This document shows positions 8,901-16,770 of a DNA stretch of 41,027 nt, one piece after another. The notes below the pieces were generated by a model that saw nothing but the letters and a program-made list of their open reading frames with translations, was not told the DNA's origin and did no database searches. The first letter of the stretch is position 1. Every line of letters starts with the position of its first letter. A program made the translations under genes and the position numbers. The DNA comes from Candidatus Limnocylindria bacterium. GTDB lineage: Bacteria; Chloroflexota; Limnocylindria; QHBO01. The stretch is from contig JBBRXE010000002.1 in assembly GCA_038248695.1 (NCBI GenBank), positions 1 through 41,027 on the forward strand, read 5' to 3'.

Positions 8901-9243
8901 TGCGCCGGTGCGCGCGTGGTTGGCCCAACACATGCGAGAGCCGCGGGGCCGACACTCGTCGCCGCTGGACAGCGTTCGCGAGGACTCCTGGAGTGCCGGG
9001 TTAACCGATGAACTCTTGGAGGTCCTGTATGTGATCGAACAGACGTTGGCTCTGGCGAACGACCTCGACGCGGTGTTAGACGCGGTCGTCAATGGCGGAT
9101 CATTGAGCCGCCAGTTCATCCCTACGCCAGATGAGTCAGAACGGAGGGGACCGAGGGTGCCCTCACCGCGGAGGGCCGGAGTAAGGCGTCGAGCCTTACG
9201 GACCGGCACCGGGAGGCAACGCGAACGCGGGGCTGAATCGTAG
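5969..9243 (+). pseudogene. Single-chain Type IIG/IIL restriction-modification enzyme (PD-ExK nuclease + gamma-class N6-adenine methyltransferase + type-ISP-like C-terminal specificity domain), split by a frameshift near 8300-8320
   Basis: Built from track ORFs 5969..8353 and 8308..9243.
- **Nuclease-like N-terminus:** IRPDMAV...GFLELKAPGK and NLIYTDGWDWALY.
- **Methyltransferase:** LLDPAVGTGTY and VCIGNPPYHRQ.
- **Specificity domain:** FPWQTPGMMIGRTWPVA, SPEDLFAYCYAILGNPGYVGRFERELRTSGPRVSIT and EISGFAPVRAWL.

Family-like sequence continues from LQRPPMW in frame 1 into SDEQVYLVSLL...GGKDVVPLWRD in the second frame. Confidence 0.75.
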
Positions 9244-9474
9244 GCCGGCGACGGGCCGGTGTAAGGGGACGTCGCATTGGGAAGCTCGCCGCCGCCCTTA
9301 CAGTTCCGGGAGATACTTGACACTGGCGGCCTGCGGGTGTGGGCCGCGACCCCTCTCCGAAAGGGCTCCTTCTGACCGGCCCGTAAGCAGGGACGCCCGA
9401 AGCACGAATGAAGAGAGTCTCGGGGGGTATCCCGCGGCGACCCCGGCCGTTGACTGAGCTGGTCTGGCGGGGAG

Positions 9475-10398
9475 TCAGAGGACGAGCAGGCGAACGAAGT
9501 CCAGCTCGGGCACTATCTCAATCTGTTGTCCGCGTTCTCGAAGGTCATTCGCCTTACGCGCCTTCGCCGACAACACTTCGCCGGGCCGGAGTCTGACTGC
9601 ATCCTGAAAACCCATCACCAAGATGTTCGTTGACTTGGTGACTCCGATTGCCGGTCGTCCGCCGACCGCGGCGACGTGATGCCAGGCGACCGTCCTCGTC
9701 ATTGACATGAGGGCTCCGGTGAACACCATCTCGCGATCGTAGAAGGGATGGCTCGGATCGGCCTCGATATTGGCTAGGGGCAGATCGTATTTGCCCCAAT
9801 GGAAGAGCCGGTGGAAGCCGCCCCACTCGTCCTTGCGCATGAACCCCATGGGCGTGCGGGTCGTTACCGCAAGCTCTTCGAGACTCGCCGCTCCGCGGTG
9901 CTCTCCGATCGCCATGGCGATCATGGCGGCTGCGGTGGCATCCGCCTCGGGGTCATGGTGATGGGCGAGGGATGCACCGGCCGCCTCGGCCACCCAGGGG
10001 AGCGAATAGGACAGCAGCTTCCACGTCAGCCGCGAAAGGACCAGGGTGCACGCATAGGTGGCATCGGGCCACGAAACGTCGGAGGCGAGGCAGGCGTCCC
10101 GGATCACTCCCATGTCGAAGGCCGCGTTGTGGGCGACAAATGGGAGACCTTCGGCGAACGCGACAATCTCCGGCAGGCGCTCGGCAAAGCGAGGTTCGTT
10201 GCGGACCATCTCCGGCGTAATGCCGTGGAGGCGGATGTTGAAGTCGTCGAAGTCGTCGTACCCTGGAGGCGGCCGGATGAGAAAGTGCCGGCTGGCAATC
10301 ACCCTGCCGTCAACGACCTTGACGAGCCCGACCGCGCACGGGCTTCCGCGAAACGAGTTCGCAGTCTCGAAATCAATCGCGCAGAAGCTGAGCGCCAT
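9475..10398 (-). CDS. DnaQ-like DEDDh 3'-5' exonuclease fused to a C-terminal BRCT domain, 307 aa
   Basis: Track ORF 9475..10686, trimmed to ATG 10398 behind GGAGACC. The exonuclease motifs are CAIDFETAN, FVAHNAAFDMGV and HHHDPEADA. The BRCT-like segment is REMVFTGALMSMTRTVAWHHVAAVGGRPAIGVTKSTNILVMG. An alternative start is the GTG near 10530, behind GAAGGAGG. Confidence 0.85.
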   Translation of the reverse strand: MALSFCAIDFETANSFRGSPCAVGLVKVVDGRVIASRHFLIRPPPGYDDFDDFNIRLHGITPEMVRNEPRFAERLPEIVAFAEGLPFVAHNAAFDMGVIRDACLASDVSWPDATYACTLVLSRLTWKLLSYSLPWVAEAAGASLAHHHDPEADATAAAMIAMAIGEHRGAASLEELAVTTRTPMGFMRKDEWGGFHRLFHWGKYDLPLANIEADPSHPFYDREMVFTGALMSMTRTVAWHHVAAVGGRPAIGVTKSTNILVMGFQDAVRLRPGEVLSAKARKANDLRERGQQIEIVPELDFVRLLVL

Positions 10399-10690
10399 TT
10401 GGTCTCCACGCTGGCTGGTCTGCCGAGCACACAGCATGCACCCAACGTCGAACGCGGCGAGCGCACTAGGCGAGCGATCCCGAAGAAGCCCGACGGAATG
10501 GCAGGCAGTGGCCGCCAACACAAGGACCTCCTTCTGATCGGACCATGAGCGGGACGGCGCGAAGCACGAATCGTGCAGCCTTCGGCGGCTCCCCTTTTGG
10601 GAGCGCACTTCGAGGCTCGCGGCCCTCGTCGCAGTGCCGCAGCCGGATGCCGAGGTAAGGACCGGGCCGGAAACCCGCCGGAGCACTGAT

Positions 10691-11659
10691 CTATGCGGCC
10701 GCTACGAGGATGGGTGCCAGCTTCGCGACGTCAGTCAACACAGTCGTGCCATTGCGGCGATCAAGACCCGCTTCGATGAGCAGGGCGGCGACGTGCCGCT
10801 CGGTCACCACAACATCGCAGTGGACAACGGCAACGCTCATGGCGTGCATGTCGCGCACATCGTTCCTGGTCCACCCCAGCTGTGGGTTTCGGTGTCGCCG
10901 GTATCGAATCTCGAATACGGCTGATGCGACAGGGAGATCCGCCAGGAAGGCAGACATGCCGTCGCGCCCGAGCTCGACGAACAGGCGCGGACTGATGCCC
11001 GCCCTCAGCATTGCCTCGTGGATCGGCTCCATCAATTCCATCACCATGCGCCCCGTCCAGACCTCTCGCAGCCGATCTCCCATATAGCCGCCGCTCCTGA
11101 TTAACTCCCCAAGTTCCTGCTCTTCACGAGCGTGACGGTCGCCCAGCTCTCGCGAAGCTTGGATGCCTGGCACACCGCGATCCTCTAGAGGCCAATCGAG
11201 AATGGCGTTGTTCATCAGTCCGGTGAAGTGCTCCTCGATCATGCTTCGCGTGAGCGGATCGACCTGCAGCTCAGCCGGCGCTGTGAACTTGAATGGCTCC
11301 TCACCAAATGCGAACGCGGCCCGCTGGCCGAACACGGGGCCCTCCCGGAGGTTCATCGGGCGACCCCAGCGCACGCGGAGTGCTCGGTCGATCTCACCGG
11401 GCAGCAGCCGATTGCTGGTGGCCATGGTCAGCTCGCGAGAGAGCTCATTCATCAGGCGCCCTACATCCTGACGGCGACGATTCGAGCCGGTGCTCAGGGT
11501 CTCCATGTAGTGCAGGCTCGTCAGCGGGAACCGCACGAGTCCTGCCTTGGCCCCATGCCTGGCAATTTCCAGCACCGCGCGATATGGCTCGCCATTCGGG
11601 TGGCCCGATACAGCCCTTGCGAGGTCGACCCACTTGTTTTGATCAAGGTATACGTCCAC
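10691..11659 (-). CDS. Hypothetical protein, 322 aa (weak PIN-like edge motifs)
   Basis: Track ORF with coherent coding character. The N-terminal MDVYLDQNKWVDLARA and the C-terminal NDVRDMHAMSVAVVHCDVVVTE resemble the first and last acidic motifs of PIN-like folds. This assignment is speculative. Confidence 0.55.
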   Translation of the reverse strand: MDVYLDQNKWVDLARAVSGHPNGEPYRAVLEIARHGAKAGLVRFPLTSLHYMETLSTGSNRRRQDVGRLMNELSRELTMATSNRLLPGEIDRALRVRWGRPMNLREGPVFGQRAAFAFGEEPFKFTAPAELQVDPLTRSMIEEHFTGLMNNAILDWPLEDRGVPGIQASRELGDRHAREEQELGELIRSGGYMGDRLREVWTGRMVMELMEPIHEAMLRAGISPRLFVELGRDGMSAFLADLPVASAVFEIRYRRHRNPQLGWTRNDVRDMHAMSVAVVHCDVVVTERHVAALLIEAGLDRRNGTTVLTDVAKLAPILVAAA

Positions 11660-11731
11660 TGGCGAAGGATAGCCGCGGCACGGAGTCCGAGCCTCGGTCG
11701 AGTCGGCGACTGGGCGCGATCGGCGCAGGAT

Positions 11732-11893
11732 TTAGGGGATCAGGGAGAGAAGCAGCACCATCGCGCCGACGCCGAGCGCAGTGAACCCGACGGCTCCGAT
11801 GGCTATGCCCATCCTCAGGGCGAGAGCCTTCTTACTGTTCGCGTCTCGCGCCGACTTGAGCGCGTCAACCTCGACCTCGGCGACGCGCCGCAT
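11732..11893 (-). CDS. Possible small membrane protein, 53 aa
   Basis: Own translation; too short for the track: MRRVAEVEVDALKSARDANSKKALALRMGIAIGAVGFTALGVGAMVLLLSLIP. It has one C-terminal hydrophobic helix and no clear RBS. Confidence 0.25.
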   Translation of the reverse strand: MRRVAEVEVDALKSARDANSKKALALRMGIAIGAVGFTALGVGAMVLLLSLIP

Positions 11894-11953
11894 GCCCAAG
11901 GCGACCCGCGGACGCTGTGGCTAGCACTGCAAAACCACGTACTGAGCGGCCCT

Positions 11954-12364
11954 TTAGTTTAGGCGGCGAGAGCCACGAACACTGCTTCCGGCAGCACGAC
12001 CCGACACTTGGTACCCACCGGGGTGAATCCTCTCGCGCCGACCAAACTCACGTTCTTTCCCGATCTCGAACACGGTCGGCAAGGCGGCGCCGAGCCCGAG
12101 TTCGACCGCATCGGACGTGAGTTCGTACTCCATCCGCTCGAAGCCCACGACGTCAGTGCGCGCGAACAGCGCTGTCGCCAGGGCCTGGCGTCCATCGGGT
12201 CCCGAGTCCGCCCAGAGCGACGGCAGGGAGCGCAGGTAGGTGACGGCCTCGGATGGGGTCAGTTGCTCTCGCTCGACTGGGTCCCGTGCGGCCTGCTCCT
12301 CCGCACGATGCAGCGCCCGATCAAGGCTGGCGCCGCCCGTTCGGATAGGCGTCGCTGTAGGCAT
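11954..12364 (-). pseudogene. Possible C-terminal remnant of a large serine recombinase
   Basis: In the track ORF, VTYLRSLPSLWADSGPDGRQALATALFARTDVVGFERMEYELTSDAVELGL resembles the C-terminal tail of large serine recombinases. No catalytic N-terminal domain lies upstream. The last ~30 codons read through direct repeat A and are probably not native. Confidence 0.3.
12008..12044 (+). repeat. Direct repeat A (ttggtacccaccggggtgaatcctctcgcgccgacca)
   Basis: Matches 37866-37902 at 34 of 37 positions. An additional shared tccggcag lies upstream of both copies, separated by a 13-nt insertion in copy A. Confidence 0.7.
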
Positions 12365-12395
12365 TCGGCGCGTCGGCGCGTCGGCGCGTCGGCGC
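12364..12395. repeat. Tandem octamer tcggcgcg x4
   Basis: Four perfect head-to-tail copies, read directly. They abut the ATG of the 11954..12364 ORF. Confidence 0.9.
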
Positions 12396-12407
12396 GCCGG
12401 TGCGCTA

Positions 12408-12435
12408 GCGTCAGCGGCATGCAGTGGCCGCTGAC
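12408..12435. other. Perfect 10-bp stem / 8-nt loop hairpin (cgtcagcggc-atgcagtg-gccgctgacg), candidate terminator or oriT element
   Basis: Read directly from the sequence. It lies 72 nt downstream of the replication-relaxation gene stop. Neither strand has a following T-tract. Confidence 0.35.
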
Positions 12436-12506
12436 GATCCTACTGTTCGGTGGCGCGAACCTTGGCAGCGAGAGCCGGCGCCATCTGAGCGGAGCGACAC
12501 TCATGT

Positions 12507-13595
12507 TCAGCCGTAGCTTCGCACATACGGCCTGAGAGCTGGCAGGACAGCCACCCCGCGATCATCAAGCGCCGCCAGGGCCTCCTCGTCGCACAGGCAG
12601 CCCGGCGTCAGGATGGGCGCAGAGGGCGCAGAGGGCGAGCGGGCGATGGCCGGCAGATCACGCGTCGAGCGCATGCTCGCGCCGTCCGACCACGGAGCCC
12701 CGAGCGGGTCGCGCCGAAGCTGCTCGTCGATGGTGGTAAGGACGCTCAAGGCGGGTGACAGCCGAGCGTGAGCCTGCGCCTGCTCATGTAGCGTGCGCGC
12801 TCGGCGAGGCGACTCGACCACGAACCCGACATTGATCGACAGCCTCGGATCTGCGCTGAAGATCGACCGATAGCGGCGGATCTTCTCGCCCAGGTCGTCG
12901 CCCCGCTCGGTGCCCAGATCACGCTCGACGAAGAGCGCGATGACTCGGTCTCGGACGCGGACGACGGCCAGCGCATCGGGTCGCAGGAAGCCGCCGAAGA
13001 GATGGCCGCAGGCGCGCTCCGGCACCCAGGCCACCAGACCTTCGGCAGCCAGCGGGTCGGCGTGGCGCAAGAAGGCGGCCAGCAGGTCCAGGGTGGCGAG
13101 CTGGTGGATCGGTGCCGAGGCCGGCAGGTCGGGCGGCCGTTCAGGACGGCCCGCAGGCCATTGCAACCGCTCGATGTCCGAACGCGCGGTGCGCGTCAGG
13201 ACGTACCCGTAGCGGCCGCGTGGTCGGTGGGCACTGGCGCTCCAGAAGCCGTGCAGCAGACCCAGCGCCACCAGCCGTCGCAACCGCCGCTGGGCGGTGC
13301 GCAGCTGTCGGTAAATGAGGAGCGAGGCCAGCTCGGCGCTGGTGATATCGGCCACCAGCAGCCACTGCAGCAGGTAGCGGTCACGCAGCGGCAGGCCGGT
13401 CCAGACGGCCCCCGCCCGCGTAGAGCGCAGCGAGTCGGAGTTGGACGTCGAGCGCTGCCGAGCACGAAATGGTGTCACGCTCATCGCCGCCCAAGTGTCG
13501 TGGATGGCGGTCTCGGTCGCGGTCGTGACCGCGGTCTCGGTCGCGACACGTGGACCACGACCCTCATGCGAGCCTCCCGAGCCCATCGCGCGCAT
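12507..13595 (-). CDS. Replication-relaxation family protein (winged-helix; candidate relaxosome/relaxase component)
   Basis: In the track ORF, LPLRDRYLLQWLLVADITSAELASLLIYRQLRTAQRRLRRLVALGLLHGFW...GRYGYVLTRTA is typical of this family. It lies directly downstream of the coupling protein. The true start may be the ATG at 13484 (MSVTPF). Confidence 0.75.
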   Translation of the reverse strand: MRAMGSGGSHEGRGPRVATETAVTTATETAIHDTWAAMSVTPFRARQRSTSNSDSLRSTRAGAVWTGLPLRDRYLLQWLLVADITSAELASLLIYRQLRTAQRRLRRLVALGLLHGFWSASAHRPRGRYGYVLTRTARSDIERLQWPAGRPERPPDLPASAPIHQLATLDLLAAFLRHADPLAAEGLVAWVPERACGHLFGGFLRPDALAVVRVRDRVIALFVERDLGTERGDDLGEKIRRYRSIFSADPRLSINVGFVVESPRRARTLHEQAQAHARLSPALSVLTTIDEQLRRDPLGAPWSDGASMRSTRDLPAIARSPSAPSAPILTPGCLCDEEALAALDDRGVAVLPALRPYVRSYG

Positions 13596-15759
13596 CGGAC
13601 AGGCGCCGCACCAGGGCTGCCGAGCCGAGGCTGGGCGACTCGGGCAGGACGTCGGCGGTCAACACCCGCGCCTCGCCGTCGAGCTCGGTCCGCAGCGCCA
13701 TGCGGAAGCGCGGCAGGTTGAGCAGATCGCGCTCGGTCAGCGGCGCGAACTCGTCGCGCAGCAGGCGCGCGTCGTCGGCCGAGGGCTGCAGCAGCATGAG
13801 CGTCGCCACGTTGGCCCGGATCGAGCGCTGCAGCTCGCGTCCCAGGGCGTCGAGGTACTGGGTGGCCATCACCAGGCGCAGGGCGAACTTGCGACCCTCG
13901 GCCGAGATGCCGCGCAGCGAACTGGTGTCGAAGTTCTGCACCTCGTCGACGTACAGCGTGTGCGCCACGCGCTGCTCCGGAGGCAGTCCCTGGCGTCCCA
14001 GGGCGTCGACGTAGTAGCGGGCGATGAGCAGGCCGCCGAACAGCCAGGCGTTGTCGCCGCCGGCGCGCGACAGGTCGACCAGCAGCACCTCGCCTGCGTC
14101 CATGATGGTGCGCGGCCGGATGGTCGACAGCGGCGCTGAGACGATGGCCCGGATGGATGGGTAGGAGAGGAAGGCGCCAAGCTTGCTGATCAGCGCATCG
14201 GCCGATGGATCGCTGGCGCCGCGCCGGCCCTTGGGCCACTGGTGCTCCCAGAAGGCGGTGACCGTCGGGTCGCTGGCGCCGGCCAGCACCTCGGCCCGGA
14301 AGCCGGGCTCGATGAACAGGCGGTTCAGCGACTCCAGGGTCCAGGGCTCGTCGAGCGCCGGCTTGGTGAGCAGGGTCAACAGCGCCGAACGCAGGTACTG
14401 CAGCTGGCGGTGGGGCGGCGCGGATAGGTGCGCGAAGTACAGGTCGCGCATGGTGTCCACGAACTGGGCGGCCACCATCTCCGGATCGGCGCCGCCGAGC
14501 TCGATCGGGTTGAAGCCACGCGGGTGCTCCTTTTCAGCAAGCTCCAGGAGGTGGACGCGCGGCGCCTGCGCGGCGGGCACCGCGTCGAGCAGGCGGGCAA
14601 CCGCGTCGCCGTGGGGGTCGACGAAGGTGAAGCCGCGCCCGGCGCGCAGGTCGTCGGCGGCCAGGGCCACCAGCTCGGTGCTCTTGCCCGAGCCGGTCCG
14701 TCCCAGCAGCACCAGGTGCCGCTCGAACAGGCGCTCGGGCACCCGCACCGCCCGGCCGGCATCCAGGCCGATGGCGCGCAGGCCCGGGGCAGCGGCGATC
14801 AGCGGCGCCGGCAAGCGCCGGCTGCGCACGACCTCCACCGCGCGCTCCGCCGACCCCGCTCCCGACAGGCCCCACAGCTCGGCCAGATCGCCGGGGCCAA
14901 GACGCATCGACGCCGAGCGGCCGCCGACCTCAGCGCTGATGCGCCAGCCGCTGCTGCGCAGGGTGGAGAGCGCGCCGATGGCGTCGAACAGCCAGGCGCG
15001 CAGCGCGGCGGCGGGCGCGCCCCAGGCCTCCAGGCTGGCGCTGACCGCGAAGCTGGGGCCGGCCGACGGCGCGACCGATGCTGGTCGAGGTGGCGGCACC
15101 CGTTGCGAGGACCGGTTAAGGGCCGCGTCGAGCAGCAGCGCGCCCCAGCCCGGCCGGTCGCCCGCGACGCTCCCGGCCCCGTCGGGCTGCGGCCAGATTT
15201 GGAGCAGCCACGCCGCGCCCGCACCGGCCGGCAGTCTTGCCAGGAGCTCGACGCAGATGGCGCCGAAGTCGGCGGCTGCGCTGCTTGGCGCCTGCGGCGG
15301 TTCGCCGCGCACGCCCAGTCGCAGGCGGCCGAGGCGGCTGGCGGCTGGCTCGATCGGCTCCAGCTCGGCGCCGGGAAAGGCCGCGGCGACCGCAGCCTCC
15401 ACGGTGCGTGACAGCTGGCGCGGCGCCTCGATCTCCCAGTGCGCCCGTCCGCCGCTGCAGCACAGGGCCAGGCTCAGGCCCGGCCAGCCGCTGGCCCAGC
15501 GCGACACGCCGCGGCGGTTGCCCGGATGGAGTGCCGCCACCAGCCGCCGGCCGGCATCGGCATCGCGGGCGTTGGCAACGTCGGGGCGCAGCAGCCAGCG
15601 GACCTGCTCGCGCTCGAGCGCACGGTCGTATGCGCGCTGGCGCAGGAGGCCGACCAGGCGCGGCGCGACGGCGGCGCCGGCAACCATGAGCAGCAGCCCG
15701 CCACCGAGGGTGACGAAGGCGCTGAGCAGGTCGGCGAGAGGGATGAGCGTGGGATTCAT
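13564..15759 (-). CDS. virD4: Type IV coupling protein (VirD4/TraG/TraD-like ATPase), 731 aa
   Basis: It has an N-terminal transmembrane segment. Walker A is VLLGRTGSGKST, followed by FVDPHGD. Walker B is TLYVDEVQNF, and the C-terminal TraG/TraD-type region is SAEGRKFALRLVMATQY. Confidence 0.8.
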   Translation of the reverse strand: MNPTLIPLADLLSAFVTLGGGLLLMVAGAAVAPRLVGLLRQRAYDRALEREQVRWLLRPDVANARDADAGRRLVAALHPGNRRGVSRWASGWPGLSLALCCSGGRAHWEIEAPRQLSRTVEAAVAAAFPGAELEPIEPAASRLGRLRLGVRGEPPQAPSSAAADFGAICVELLARLPAGAGAAWLLQIWPQPDGAGSVAGDRPGWGALLLDAALNRSSQRVPPPRPASVAPSAGPSFAVSASLEAWGAPAAALRAWLFDAIGALSTLRSSGWRISAEVGGRSASMRLGPGDLAELWGLSGAGSAERAVEVVRSRRLPAPLIAAAPGLRAIGLDAGRAVRVPERLFERHLVLLGRTGSGKSTELVALAADDLRAGRGFTFVDPHGDAVARLLDAVPAAQAPRVHLLELAEKEHPRGFNPIELGGADPEMVAAQFVDTMRDLYFAHLSAPPHRQLQYLRSALLTLLTKPALDEPWTLESLNRLFIEPGFRAEVLAGASDPTVTAFWEHQWPKGRRGASDPSADALISKLGAFLSYPSIRAIVSAPLSTIRPRTIMDAGEVLLVDLSRAGGDNAWLFGGLLIARYYVDALGRQGLPPEQRVAHTLYVDEVQNFDTSSLRGISAEGRKFALRLVMATQYLDALGRELQRSIRANVATLMLLQPSADDARLLRDEFAPLTERDLLNLPRFRMALRTELDGEARVLTADVLPESPSLGSAALVRRLSDARDGLGRLA

Positions 15760-15843
15760 GCTGGGTTGTTCCTTTCGTTGTGGGTGTTCGGGGCGGTGGT
15801 GAGCGGAGGTTGGCCCCGAGCGGGGCAGCGCTGAAGCTCCTGT

Positions 15844-16770
15844 TCAGGGGCGGGCCGGCAGCACCAGCAGGGGGTCGATCGGCACTCCGGAGGCGTCGAT
15901 CTCGAAGTGGAGATGGGGCCCGGTGCTGACCCCGGTCAGGCCGACCCGCCCGACAACCTGCCCGGCGGCCACCGACGCGCCGACGCGAACCGCGAGCTGC
16001 GGCTGCAGGTGCCCATACAGGGAGAAGAGGTCGGGTCGGTGCTCGATCTCGACCACCACCGCGCCATCGGCCAGGCGCCCGGCGACGGTGACCTGACCGG
16101 CAGTCATGGCGCGCACCGGTGTGCCCAGTGGTGCGGCGATATCGATCCCGGTGTGGAAGTGGGCGTAGCAGTAGCCCGCGGCGCAGCGCGCCGGCTCGAG
16201 GGCCAGAGCGCTTGGCCCGAAGGCCTGGCTGATGGGCCCATCCAGCGGCCACACCAGTTGCGCGCCGTAGCCGTAGCGCTGGGCCCAGTCCAGGACGAGC
16301 GCCGGGTAGCCAGCGACCGGGTGGTAGCTGGCCAGGGCGCGCTGCCAGTCGTCAGGCGCGCCGTTGCTCCTCAGGAACGCTGCCGCGGCGGGAATCGCGT
16401 CAGCCGGATCGCAGATGTCAGGCTCGGCGATGCCCGCCAGCTTGGCGGCGGTGGCGAAGGTGCCCGCGAGGAACTGCAGTGGCCCGCGCGCGCCGCTGCG
16501 GGTCGGCGCGCAGCCAGTCGGGCGGCGGCCATGGTCCGAGGCGACCTTGCCGACCGCGGCCAGCAGCCGCCAGTCGAGGCCGAAGCCCGCGGCCGCCTGC
16601 TGGTAGTCGACCAGGTAGTCGGCCGGGATGTCGGCCGCTGCCGGCGGGGCAGCGGCGACGTCGGGTGCGGCCAGCGCAGCCCAGTGGCCGACCAGGACCG
16701 CCGACGATCCGGTGGCGATGAGGAGCACCAGCAGGGCCACGGCACAGCCGCAGCCACAGCCGCGCCTCAC
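15844..16770 (-). CDS. Secreted cell-wall hydrolase: lytic-transglycosylase-like domain + M23 metallopeptidase
   Basis: It has a signal/anchor sequence. The SLT-like segment is LLAAVGKVASDHG ... GPLQFLAGTF. The M23 motifs are HTGIDIAAPLGTPV (HxxxD) and GPHLHFEI (HxH). GTG 16770 overlaps the virB4 stop (GTGA). Confidence 0.85.
   Translation of the reverse strand: MRRGCGCGCAVALLVLLIATGSSAVLVGHWAALAAPDVAAAPPAAADIPADYLVDYQQAAAGFGLDWRLLAAVGKVASDHGRRPTGCAPTRSGARGPLQFLAGTFATAAKLAGIAEPDICDPADAIPAAAAFLRSNGAPDDWQRALASYHPVAGYPALVLDWAQRYGYGAQLVWPLDGPISQAFGPSALALEPARCAAGYCYAHFHTGIDIAAPLGTPVRAMTAGQVTVAGRLADGAVVVEIEHRPDLFSLYGHLQPQLAVRVGASVAAGQVVGRVGLTGVSTGPHLHFEIDASGVPIDPLLVLPARP

Noticed and set aside
10399-10686. 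N-terminal 96-codon extension of the exonuclease ORF (track start at 10686)
   Set aside because: The extension is Arg/Ser-rich and low in complexity. The conserved ExoI motif begins right after ATG 10398, which has its own GGAGACC. A shorter alternative start, the GTG near 10530 behind GAAGGAGG, remains possible.
12364-12395. The tandem octamer array as a CRISPR or minisatellite locus
   Set aside because: The units are 8 nt long with no spacers and only four copies. No cas genes are present, so this is not a CRISPR array.
14183-15802. 539-aa plus-strand ORF, and similar long ORFs at 15116-16252(-), 15907-16965(+), 17725-18600(+), 22223-23260(-), 24673-26136(+), 27257-28234(+), 28466-30265(+) and 39187-40374(-)
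   Set aside because: All overlap genes with strong motif support, either on the opposite strand or in another frame. Their products are low-complexity and Arg/Pro/Ala/Ser-rich. They are GC-driven open frames, not genes.
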